Assembly (NCBI GenBank): GCA_040880525.1
Contig: JBBDIG010000045.1
Location: 9,266 to 73,265, forward strand
DNA length: 64,000 nucleotides
Direction of reading: 5' to 3'
DNA from: Bacteroidia bacterium
GTDB taxonomy: Bacteria; Bacteroidota; Bacteroidia; CAILMK01; JBBDIG01
Shown piece after piece: positions 29,084 to 38,280 of this stretch (positions are counted from its first letter, which is position 1; every line of letters starts with the position of its first letter). The position numbers and the translations under genes were made by a program. The notes beneath the pieces were generated by a model. The model was not told the origin of the DNA and did no database searches. It saw nothing but the letters and a program-made list of their open reading frames with translations.

Positions 29084-30610
29084 CTATTTTCTACCGGGAA
29101 TTTTCTTTGGAAGAGTAAAAATAAACGCAGCTCCCTTTTCTTCCTCAGAATCAACAATGATTTCTCCGCCATAGAACTCAACGATCTTTTTTACTACCGT
29201 AAGGCCAATTCCTGTGCTTTCTGTATCCTCATCAGGCTGCAGCGTCTGGAACATCTCGAAGATCCTTTCATGATATTTTGGGTCAATGCCTGGTCCGTTG
29301 TCGCTTACGGTAAACTGATGCCTATCACCCAAATCGCTGTATTTAATCCTGACCTCTCCCTTTTCTTTATCATTATATTTAACCGCATTGCCTACCAAAT
29401 TCAGAAAAATCTGGTTAATGTGGGTTACTTCCATTTCCAGTACCGGAAGATCTTTATTAATAATTAATTCAATATTTTTCGGGATCGTAAGCAACTTAGG
29501 CAACTCACTCAAAACAACATTCACATCCGTTTCTTCAATTGATTCCCGCATTCGTCCTATGCGGCTGTATTGCAATATTCCCTCAATAAGGCGGTGCATC
29601 CGCTTAGCGCGCTCCTGCAATAAAATCAGGCTGCTCCTGCCCTCCTCTCCCAGCTTTTCCCCATAATCTTCGAGGAGCCACTGAGAAAGTGTGCTGATGC
29701 CACGCAGCGGAGCCTTCAGATCATGAGACGCTATATATGCGAATTGCTGCAGTTCCTTATTGCTGGCTTTCAGTTCTTCATTCTTTTGCCGCAACTCTTC
29801 CTCCACCATTTTCCGGGCAGTAATATCATTCAGCACTGCCAGGCCCCCAATGATCTCTGCGTGATCATCATACACGGGCACGAAACTCACATCAAACCAC
29901 ATTTCAGTAAAGGTAGATTTTACTTCTACTCCGGTAGTGCTCACACCTCCTAAAACTTCTTTGATCAATTTCCCAAATGGTGAATTATGGAGTTCCGGAA
30001 ATGCCTCGAAAATATTCCGGTTTATCACTTCGCTCTTGGTCACATTCCGCCATTGCTCCAGCGCAGGGTTCCACTCCGTGATTTTATATTCTGTATCAAA
30101 AGCATAAATCCCCGAAGTAGATGTAGCCATCAGGTATTCAATATATTTTCTTGATTGGCGTTCCCGCATCTCGGCATCCTTCCTGAGCTTAACTTCCTTC
30201 TCCAGATCCTCATTCTTGCTTTTCAATTGCTCCGGTGAGGGAAGCTTTAATATCTTGGGAAGCAGCGGATATAGCGACACAGCCGTAATAAGTGATACCG
30301 CAGCCGTTCCTGCCTTTATCCATGCCTCAAGCCGGTAAATCGGATCCCACACGGTGATGATGCCAAACACGTGAGTGGTTCCGCACATCACGATGAAAAG
30401 GCCAAACATCACCAACATATAGCCATAGCGAATATCTTTACGTTTAGAACTGATATAAATCAGCGCAAACGGGATAAGAAAGTATGACAGCGCAATAAAG
30501 CTGTCAGAAATGACATGCATATAAAGCACGTCCTCCTCCCACAAATAGCAATGGCCATGTGGCATAAAACCGGATTTGTCAAAAATATCAAATTGATTAT
30601 GACCTTCCAT
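29084..30610 (-). CDS. membrane sensor histidine kinase with PAS domain
   Basis: N-terminal TM helices, PAS-like region, HisKA (IASHDLKAPLRGISTL), HATPase_c (VSDNGPGIDP...GTGIGL). Confidence 0.85.
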   Translation of the reverse strand: MEGHNQFDIFDKSGFMPHGHCYLWEEDVLYMHVISDSFIALSYFLIPFALIYISSKRKDIRYGYMLVMFGLFIVMCGTTHVFGIITVWDPIYRLEAWIKAGTAAVSLITAVSLYPLLPKILKLPSPEQLKSKNEDLEKEVKLRKDAEMRERQSRKYIEYLMATSTSGIYAFDTEYKITEWNPALEQWRNVTKSEVINRNIFEAFPELHNSPFGKLIKEVLGGVSTTGVEVKSTFTEMWFDVSFVPVYDDHAEIIGGLAVLNDITARKMVEEELRQKNEELKASNKELQQFAYIASHDLKAPLRGISTLSQWLLEDYGEKLGEEGRSSLILLQERAKRMHRLIEGILQYSRIGRMRESIEETDVNVVLSELPKLLTIPKNIELIINKDLPVLEMEVTHINQIFLNLVGNAVKYNDKEKGEVRIKYSDLGDRHQFTVSDNGPGIDPKYHERIFEMFQTLQPDEDTESTGIGLTVVKKIVEFYGGEIIVDSEEEKGAAFIFTLPKKIPGRK

Positions 30611-30705
30611 TGTAGCTTTTCGTTTTTAAGTTTTCATTAAATATTAAGAACCTTTAATTTGAAATATTTATTAACGTTGCTATTTATACTAAATATATTT
30701 CATTA

Positions 30706-31515
30706 TTAAATAGTTAAATCTTTTTTTCTGAATACCAGGAAACTGGCTGCGAAAAAACCGATTGCCGGAAAAAACAACAGGCAAAACCGCCACAATTCCA
30801 TTTTGTAGCCGGCAGCAGCCGCGTTGAAATCGGCATAATGAAAGGGGCTGATGCTGCCCAGCCATTCTGTGGAAGGCGAAATCCGGGAAAGGGCATCAAC
30901 CACGTATGTGCCCAGCAGAATACCTATGGCCAGCGCGGTAACCTGGCGGCCCCGGTAACTTGTAAGAGAGAGCAAAAGCGACAACCCTCCAAACAAAAAA
31001 ATAATGAGCATGCCATATAAATTAACCGTAAAAAACCGCTGCCACTGAATATGCTCATCCGCGAATAAGCGCATTCCTGTTAAAGCTGCCAGCGCCTGGA
31101 AAAAGATAAATATGAACATCCACGAAAAATATGCGGCTACTTTGCCAGACCATACATCCCAACGAGTGAGCGGGCGGGTTATGAGAAATTCAGCCGTTCC
31201 CTCTCTTTCTTCTTTGGAAATGATACTTCCGGCCAGCATGACCGAGTAAATATTGGAGAGGATCATCACATGCAGGCTATAGTCTGTACTGTAGTATCCT
31301 ATTACGCTTCCCCATGCGGCAAAGTCGAAACCGATAATGCGCATCATCGGAACCGGGAAGGATTGCATCAGCACGGTGAGTTGGGCCATCATACCTGAAA
31401 CCGTAGGATAAAGCGAGAGAATAAACATAACCAGCACCATGATAAGCAACGTCCACACAATGCCGGCTTTCCGGTTACGCTTCATTTCTTTCAGGTACAA
31501 ATGTCGATTGATCAT
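30706..31515 (-). CDS. ABC-2 type transporter permease
   Basis: 269 aa, 6 TM segments. Immediately downstream of the ABC ATPase gene on the same strand. Confidence 0.7.
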   Translation of the reverse strand: MINRHLYLKEMKRNRKAGIVWTLLIMVLVMFILSLYPTVSGMMAQLTVLMQSFPVPMMRIIGFDFAAWGSVIGYYSTDYSLHVMILSNIYSVMLAGSIISKEEREGTAEFLITRPLTRWDVWSGKVAAYFSWMFIFIFFQALAALTGMRLFADEHIQWQRFFTVNLYGMLIIFLFGGLSLLLSLTSYRGRQVTALAIGILLGTYVVDALSRISPSTEWLGSISPFHYADFNAAAAGYKMELWRFCLLFFPAIGFFAASFLVFRKKDLTI

Positions 31516-31524
31516 TGTCCGTAT

Positions 31525-32430
31525 TTATTCATTATAGTAATGCATAAAAACTTCTTCGAGAGGGGGATCTTCAATCGTAATGTCAATGATCTTGTACGGT
31601 TGAAGCATTGCCAGCAGGCTGTTGAATTCCCCGCTATAGGTAAAGGAACTGTGTCCGTTCTTTCTTTCTGCATTTTCAATTCCGGCCAACCGAAAGAACC
31701 CCTCCGGCAGGGGCTGCTCCGTTTCGAGGCGGCAACGCTTCAGGCGCTGCGTATTGAGCGCTTCGACCGTTTGCACTGTTTCAACTTCTCCGTTGCGGAT
31801 AATGGCCACCCGTCCGCACAGGCGCTGAACTTCGCTCAGCACATGCGAAGAGAAAAAGATCGTGGTTCCTTTCCCGTTCAGCCTTTGCAAAAGCTCGAAA
31901 AACTGCCCCTGCATTTTAGGATCCAGGCCGGTTGTAGGTTCGTCCAGAATGAGCAGCCGCGGCCGGTGAAGCAGACATTGAAGCAGTGCTACTTTCTTTT
32001 TGTTGCCCATCGAAAGATCGCTGATGTCCCGCTTCAGGTTAAGATCGAATTCATTTGCCAGTTGATAGAATTCCTGCTCCACCTTTACGCCATAGAATGA
32101 GGCCGAATAGCGCAACAGCTCATCCCCGCTCATATTATCGTAGTAGTGTACTTCGCTGGGGACATAGCCAATAAGCCTTTTCATCTTCTTCGGCTCCTGC
32201 TGCACGTCCAGCCCAAAAATGCTTGCCCGACCGGAGGTAGGAAACAGCAGCGTAACCAGCGTACGTATCAGGGTAGACTTTCCTGCACCATTTGGACCGA
32301 TAAATCCAAATATCTCACCCTCCTGCACCTCAAAGTTCACATTGTCTATTCCCTTTACTTTTCCGTAGTATTTGGTGAGTTGGAATGTTTCAATTGCTGC
32401 CGGCATAGGGGATTTTCGTAATGGCAGCAA
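31525..32430 (-). CDS. ABC transporter ATP-binding protein
   Basis: Walker A GPNGAGKST, signature LSMGNKKKVAL, Walker B LLILDEPTTGLD. Confidence 0.9.
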   Translation of the reverse strand: MLPLRKSPMPAAIETFQLTKYYGKVKGIDNVNFEVQEGEIFGFIGPNGAGKSTLIRTLVTLLFPTSGRASIFGLDVQQEPKKMKRLIGYVPSEVHYYDNMSGDELLRYSASFYGVKVEQEFYQLANEFDLNLKRDISDLSMGNKKKVALLQCLLHRPRLLILDEPTTGLDPKMQGQFFELLQRLNGKGTTIFFSSHVLSEVQRLCGRVAIIRNGEVETVQTVEALNTQRLKRCRLETEQPLPEGFFRLAGIENAERKNGHSSFTYSGEFNSLLAMLQPYKIIDITIEDPPLEEVFMHYYNE

Positions 32431-32592
32431 AGGTATGAGGATGACCGTTTACCCCTCGCCTGTCTTGGAATTTTTCAGAAGTACCTGCCTCCGGGCTATC
32501 TTGCGCAGGAAACGGGAAACCACTGGAATTTGTCCGGAATTACCCGTAAAACATTCATTAACACCAATACCTGTTTTGTGATCCAGGGCAAA

Positions 32593-34224
32593 ATGTATTA
32601 TTGGATTTTAAAAAGGAAATACCCTTTACTCCTCGTTGGGATTTCCCTCTTTGGTGTTGTTTCCCACTTTTACTTCGGTCTGGGCATTGACCTCTATGAC
32701 CCGGCTTACTATTTCAAACATGCCTGGGAAATTGCGAACGGCACTTTCGAAATAAACGGCAGTGTATTCTGGAACCGCTTCGGGATGTTGGTGCCGCTTA
32801 GCCTGCTTATCAAACTATTTGGAATATCCTACTGGGCCGCACTTCTGTGGCCGCTGCTCTGCTACCTTTTGCTGCTTTTTGGCATTTACCGCCTGCTCTA
32901 TTCTTATAGTGCCCCTGCGGCATTTTTCTGTGCTGCACTAGTTGGGCTCAGTTATACCTTCATCTGGTTCAATGCCCTCATTATGCCAGATACCATTATG
33001 ACGGGCTTTGCCTTCCTCGCCATGCTGCTGCTCTGGAAAATGAACCATAAACCTGCAAATGAAGCCCGCAATGGGTTGCTTTTCTCTTTGCTCCTGTTTG
33101 CCGCCTTTGTCACCAAGCTCACCATCATATTCCTGCTGCCATTTATCCTTTTTGTGTGGTTTCAGAATTTTCGGGATAAAAAGCTAACGCGGTTCTGGAT
33201 ATGGGCTGCCGGCCCGGGAGTGCTCATCCTGCTGCTATACCATTTGGGTTACCAGATTTTTGCCGATGATTTTCTGCTGCGTTACAGTGGGATTGAGAAT
33301 GACCACAACGTGAGCGAGTGGAGCTACTATACTGCAAGCACCCAGGAAATTATCGAACGGATTACCTATGCCCCTATCCTGCTCCTGTTTAGCGACCTCA
33401 CATTTTCACTGCCTTTGCTGCTGGCGGTGCCTTCGCTAAGGTTGCGGGTGCGCCAGTTCCACCGGCTCGAAGTATTTTTCACAATTCTCCTTTTCATTTT
33501 GATGGTGCTATACTGGTGGGGCAGCAGTTCTTTTAAAAGCTATAATCCAATTCCAATTAATTACAGAATGTGGCTGTTGCTGATTATTCCATTAAACGTC
33601 CTTGCCGCACTCACGCTTTTCCGCTTCGGGCAATGGCAGGCCCAGAAGAAGCAACTGGTGCTATGGCTGTCTGCCGGGCTGGCTTTTGTGGTGGCTGCCC
33701 TCGTATCTGGTTATGATTCCATACTACTGCTAACCATCGTCTGCGGCTGTATTGCCGCCACACATTTGCCCGTTTTTCAGCCTTACCGGCAATACCTTCC
33801 TGCGATAGTGATTTTGCTGCCCGCTATCTATATGGCATTCCAATACTGGCAGCACCCCCGGTCGGAACGGGTATATTTTTTCGAAAAAGAATTTTATAAT
33901 GAAATAAAAACTGAGGACAACGTTCTGATTTTAACGGACCACACTTATAATGTACATGAAATTTATTTTGATTTTAAAACCCCGAAGAATGTACACATTG
34001 ATTCATGGTTTAATTTAGAAACCCTGGATTTAAATAAGTATAATGAATTTTATATTCTTTTTTCTAATTACAGGCATACCAGATTTTCCAGGCAATTTCC
34101 AGGATATGACATACCACGCTGGCTCCACCTGTTAATGCAAGAACAAAAGGGGGAGCAGAAAGGAGAAAAAGTCACGATCTATAAAATAGACCGGGAGACG
34201 TTGCAGCACTATAGAAATATCTGA
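32593..34224 (+). CDS. GT-C glycosyltransferase family 39-like (ArnT/PMT-type) membrane protein
   Basis: Polytopic N-terminal domain with a loop-1 Asp/Glu region (GLGIDLYDPAYYFKHAWE) and a C-terminal soluble domain. Start assigned to the internal ATG at 32593 (MYYWILKRK...), since the upstream 21 codons overlap the divergent promoter region. Confidence 0.7.
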   Translation: MYYWILKRKYPLLLVGISLFGVVSHFYFGLGIDLYDPAYYFKHAWEIANGTFEINGSVFWNRFGMLVPLSLLIKLFGISYWAALLWPLLCYLLLLFGIYRLLYSYSAPAAFFCAALVGLSYTFIWFNALIMPDTIMTGFAFLAMLLLWKMNHKPANEARNGLLFSLLLFAAFVTKLTIIFLLPFILFVWFQNFRDKKLTRFWIWAAGPGVLILLLYHLGYQIFADDFLLRYSGIENDHNVSEWSYYTASTQEIIERITYAPILLLFSDLTFSLPLLLAVPSLRLRVRQFHRLEVFFTILLFILMVLYWWGSSSFKSYNPIPINYRMWLLLIIPLNVLAALTLFRFGQWQAQKKQLVLWLSAGLAFVVAALVSGYDSILLLTIVCGCIAATHLPVFQPYRQYLPAIVILLPAIYMAFQYWQHPRSERVYFFEKEFYNEIKTEDNVLILTDHTYNVHEIYFDFKTPKNVHIDSWFNLETLDLNKYNEFYILFSNYRHTRFSRQFPGYDIPRWLHLLMQEQKGEQKGEKVTIYKIDRETLQHYRNI

Positions 34225-34338
34225 ATTCAAAGTGGAAGATAACTGCAAACTCACAGGATTAGAATCTTTAAAGGTCTTAGGAATTAAACTGATTGGCGAT
34301 TAATTCCATGTGTAGACCAAAGATGCCTGATACCAAGG

Positions 34339-34965
34339 CTAATAGGTAAGGAATTGGCTCCTGCTCCATTCATCTTGCTGTATTACGCCAACACCGTTCG
34401 CATCGTTACTTCTTCTCTTATATGTCGCTCTCGTGTAGTGCATTATATTTATTGGGATGGTCAGCCTTATATCAATATTTCGCCCCACTCTAAAATTATT
34501 ACCCACAGCTATAGCAAAATCTACTGTTTGTGCTGTTTTCTTTTCATAAATTGAAGGACCGGCATTGTCTCTGAGTTTGTCCCGGTGTGCCATACCAGCC
34601 AGTGAAGTTGCGAAAATCGGGTTGAAGAATTTTGAATTCCTTTTATCGAATGGCAAAATACTCAACTGATATTTCAATCCCAGCCGCTGCTCATTACCAA
34701 AATCTCCATGTTGTGAATTCCTCACAATGTATCTCTCATAGCCAAAATCCGTAAGTTCCAATTGGTGGAACAGGAGTCCTTTTTCAATGCCTACAGCTAC
34801 TGTAGGCATCCCAATTTTTTCCCTGGCATTAAAGAAAGCCGGACTGGTCTGACCATAAGAAAAGTTCACCATAACCATGAATTTAGAGGTGTCCTGAGCA
34901 TGTAAAAAGCCATAACCAAGACCGGTAATCAGTACCGTTAAAAGTAACTTATTCATATTGTGCAA
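34339..34965 (-). CDS. outer-membrane beta-barrel protein (hypothetical)
   Basis: Signal peptide MHNMNKLLLTVLITGLGYGFLHAQ. Alternating hydrophobic beta-strand pattern, C-terminal aromatic (…SQFLTY). Confidence 0.55.
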   Translation of the reverse strand: MHNMNKLLLTVLITGLGYGFLHAQDTSKFMVMVNFSYGQTSPAFFNAREKIGMPTVAVGIEKGLLFHQLELTDFGYERYIVRNSQHGDFGNEQRLGLKYQLSILPFDKRNSKFFNPIFATSLAGMAHRDKLRDNAGPSIYEKKTAQTVDFAIAVGNNFRVGRNIDIRLTIPINIMHYTRATYKRRSNDANGVGVIQQDEWSRSQFLTY

Positions 34966-35195
34966 TTAAAAAAATCAAAAGAAAATACTAAAACAACAAT
35001 AGGGTTTACAAAATAAAACTTCCGGGCAAAGATATTCTATTCGTGAAGCAACCGCCTCAAAAGTAATTTTAAGGAACTTCTACAGCCCTGCTTCCCGATC
35101 AATTGTAAGCAAGCCACTCATATTGATTCTATCTTTGCCCCCAGATTGAAAAATTTGCCAGTGATGAATTGCCACCAAACAACCCTTGCTGAACT

Positions 35196-36080
35196 ATGAC
35201 GGTACTCGAAACGCAAAACCTTTCCAAGCGCTATGGCCGGATCACGGCTGTAGACAATCTTTCACTGAGCATTTCCAGCGGTGGAGTGCATGGCATACTT
35301 GGTCCAAATGGCAGCGGCAAAACCACTACCCTGAGCATGGTGCTGGGCGTGGTGGAGCCTGACAAGGGGACTTTCCGCTGGTTTGGCGAGGAGCCGCAGG
35401 CCAGGCATCGGTTGCGCATCGGGGCGCTATGGGCCAATCCCAACATGTATCCGTACCTCACCGCAGTGCAAAACCTGAAAGTGGTGTGCGACATAAAAGG
35501 TGTTCCTTATTCGCGCATTGACGAATCATTGAAATTTGTAAAGCTTTACGACCGCAGAAGCAGCCGTTACAGCGGTTTCAGCACCGGAATGAAACAACGG
35601 CTACAGATTGCCTCCACGCTGCTGAACGACCCTGAAGTGCTGATACTGGACGAACCGACCAACGGCCTGGATCCGCAGGGAATTGCGGAGGTTCGGGAAC
35701 TGATCCGCGAACTGGGGCAGGGCAACCGCACCATCATCCTGGCCAGCCACCTGCTTGATGAAGTGGAGAAAGTCTGCACCCACGTCTCCATCCTGAAACA
35801 GGGAAAGCTCATGGCATCCGGCAGTGTGGATGAACTGCTGGGACAAAAACAAACGGTGGAACTGGCTGCCGAAGACATGGGAATGCTGGAACATACGCTC
35901 AACGAAATATCCGCCACCGATGCGCTGCGGAAGGAAGGATCGGTAATGATTGCCAGCATGAAAAAAGATATGACGACCGCTCAGTTGAACAAACTGCTGT
36001 TTGACCGCGGCATTGTACTCACCCACCTGGTAATGCGCAAAACGCGCCTGGAAGAGCAATTCATTGAACTTACCCGCTAA
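35196..36080 (+). CDS. ABC transporter ATP-binding protein
   Basis: Walker A GPNGSGKTT, signature FSTGMKQRLQIA, Walker B VLILDEPTNGLD. Confidence 0.9.
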   Translation: MTVLETQNLSKRYGRITAVDNLSLSISSGGVHGILGPNGSGKTTTLSMVLGVVEPDKGTFRWFGEEPQARHRLRIGALWANPNMYPYLTAVQNLKVVCDIKGVPYSRIDESLKFVKLYDRRSSRYSGFSTGMKQRLQIASTLLNDPEVLILDEPTNGLDPQGIAEVRELIRELGQGNRTIILASHLLDEVEKVCTHVSILKQGKLMASGSVDELLGQKQTVELAAEDMGMLEHTLNEISATDALRKEGSVMIASMKKDMTTAQLNKLLFDRGIVLTHLVMRKTRLEEQFIELTR

Positions 36081-36894
36081 GCCCAACTTTAACATGAAAC
36101 AACATTACCTGAAGGCAGAACTGCATAAGCTTTTACCTTATAAAACTTTCTGGATCATATTGGGGCTGTTCCTGATAATTATCCCCTTGGCATTCTATGC
36201 TACCTCGGATTTTATTTCGGGATTTTCCGATGAAAAAATCCCACTTATGGATCACGATAGCATTTATTACTTCCCGAACGTTTGGCACTTCGCCACCTAT
36301 CTAGCCAGCTTTTTTGTAATGCTGTTGAGCATTCTTCTGGTCATTGTTACTGCTAACGAGTACAGCTATGGCACCTTCAGGCAAAATATGATTGATGGTC
36401 TTTCCCGCAACCAGCTATTTTTGGCGAAAGCAATTTTGGCTCTGGTTTTAGCTGTAATTGCTACGGTGTCTGTGTTCATTCTGGGAGCAACTTTCGGAAC
36501 AATTTACACCCCCTCATCCACCGATACTTTTCTTGGAGATAAGATCATTTTTATCTTTTACTACTTTCTCCATGCCTGTGGTTACCTCTCTTTTGGATTA
36601 ATGCTGGCGGTTCTCATTAAAAAAAGCGGGCTTGCCATCCTGCTTTTTCTGCTCTACATCATAATTATAGAGCCGATAGGAGCCTTAATAGCGCCTATAG
36701 AGTACCGGCTCTATCTACCTTTCCAGAATATGTCTGCCCTCATCCCTTTTCCATTGGAACTTCTGCTAATGCAGGCTGGAGAAGATGGAATGCCAATTCC
36801 TGAAATTACTGGCAAGGAACCTTTTATTGCGATTGGCTACATCCTTCTTTTCAGCGGAATAAGTTGGTGGAGGTTGAAGAAGAAGGACCTGTAA
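36064..36894 (+). CDS. ABC-2 type transporter permease
   Basis: 6 TM segments. Start is either 36064 (17-nt overlap with the ATPase gene) or ATG at 36094 (MKQHYLK...). Confidence 0.75.
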   Translation: MNLPAKPNFNMKQHYLKAELHKLLPYKTFWIILGLFLIIIPLAFYATSDFISGFSDEKIPLMDHDSIYYFPNVWHFATYLASFFVMLLSILLVIVTANEYSYGTFRQNMIDGLSRNQLFLAKAILALVLAVIATVSVFILGATFGTIYTPSSTDTFLGDKIIFIFYYFLHACGYLSFGLMLAVLIKKSGLAILLFLLYIIIIEPIGALIAPIEYRLYLPFQNMSALIPFPLELLLMQAGEDGMPIPEITGKEPFIAIGYILLFSGISWWRLKKKDL

Positions 36895-36912
36895 TTTGAC
36901 TTTATTGGCTGC

Positions 36913-38055
36913 TTATCTTCGGCTCCCTGCATACAGATCATACCGGCAAAAGCGGCACTCAATGCTTCCGTTATACAGCGGAATTTTCCGGGAGGGTTTC
37001 AGCCCAATGAACTTCAGCGCTTCCATATTCCCGCTGAGGATCAAGGCGGTATGGCCGGCAAACTTCTGCTTCAGTTGGTCCCCGATCATCTTGTAAAACC
37101 CTTCGATGTCTTCCTCTTTCAACCGCTCGCCATAGGGAGGATTTATGATGACCGTCCCTCCATCCGTCTCGGGGACAAAGTGCTCAAAAGAAGATTTCTT
37201 CAGCGCCACTTCGCGCGCGAGATGCGCCCGCTTCAGATTATCTCCGGCCTTTTGCAGCGCCATACCGGAAATATCTGCACCGGTAATTTCAGGCCCATCC
37301 TCTTTAACCTGGAGCAGCGCTTCCTTAAATAGCGTGTCCCATAATTCCGGCTCATAATCCCGCCACCGCTGAAAGCCAAACTCAGCGCGCAGCGTTCCGG
37401 GCGCAATATTATAAGCAAGCATAGCGGCTTCCGTGAGGATGGTGCCGGAACCGCACATCGGATCAGCGAAAGGTGTTGTGGCATCCCAACCGCTCAAAAG
37501 CACCAGTCCGGCTGCCAGCACCTCATTCAGCGGGGCCGGGTTCATATCCAGCCGGTAACCACGCCTGTGCAACGAGTCGCCAGAACTGTCAAGCGATACA
37601 TTGCAATGGTTTTCCTGGATATGAATATTGATCCGGACGGTTGGAGATTTAATATCCACGGAAGGACGGGTTCCTTTCATGTCGCGGATCTGGTCTACAA
37701 TCGCATCTTTAGTCTTCAGTGCCACATATTTGGAATGGGTAAACTCTCTAGAGTGTACTGCAGCATCCACTGCCAGCGTATCATCAGGGCCAAGGTGCCG
37801 AAGCCAGTTGAACTCCCGGATGCCCTTATAAAGTTGTTCCTCATTGTTGGCAATGAACGATCCTATTGGAACCAGAATGCGAAGAGCCGTCCGCAAGTGG
37901 AGGTTTGCTTTATACAGCATTGCCGTGTCTCCGGTAAAGGAAACTGCACGATTCTGCTGCACGATATCCTTAGCTCCGAGTTGCTCCAGTTCCTGCGCCA
38001 GCACAGGTTCGAGGCCAAACATTGTCTTTACCAGAAAGGGATCATTAGCCGCCAT
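36913..38055 (-). CDS. THUMP-domain class I SAM-dependent RNA methyltransferase (RlmL/COG0116-like)
   Basis: MAANDPFLVKTMFGLEPVLAQELEQLGA (THUMP-type N-terminus), then a methyltransferase core (DPMCGSGTIL, NPPYGERL). Start at the second ATG (38055). Confidence 0.85.
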   Translation of the reverse strand: MAANDPFLVKTMFGLEPVLAQELEQLGAKDIVQQNRAVSFTGDTAMLYKANLHLRTALRILVPIGSFIANNEEQLYKGIREFNWLRHLGPDDTLAVDAAVHSREFTHSKYVALKTKDAIVDQIRDMKGTRPSVDIKSPTVRINIHIQENHCNVSLDSSGDSLHRRGYRLDMNPAPLNEVLAAGLVLLSGWDATTPFADPMCGSGTILTEAAMLAYNIAPGTLRAEFGFQRWRDYEPELWDTLFKEALLQVKEDGPEITGADISGMALQKAGDNLKRAHLAREVALKKSSFEHFVPETDGGTVIINPPYGERLKEEDIEGFYKMIGDQLKQKFAGHTALILSGNMEALKFIGLKPSRKIPLYNGSIECRFCRYDLYAGSRR

Positions 38056-38280
38056 TTTGCATTTTATTTTTGAAATATAAAATCCGGGCAAAGATGGAAA
38101 TATGCAAGCCAAACCCTGATAACCGCCCAGCGCTTATTCTCACCGCTATTTGCAGGTAGGGTTTTTGTAAAATAGGGGTTGCGGAAATTCCTTCTCCTTT
38201 TAGTTAAAAGGTGTTAAAGAGGAAACATCATCACTATGATTCCGTATTTTACGTTACTCATTATTTGAGATCATAATCCT

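Noticed and set aside
35196-36894. ABC ATPase + ABC-2 permease as possible gldA/gldF
   Set aside because: No gldG-like gene follows the permease, and sequence alone cannot distinguish it from generic ABC-2 exporters, so it is left as a generic ABC transporter.
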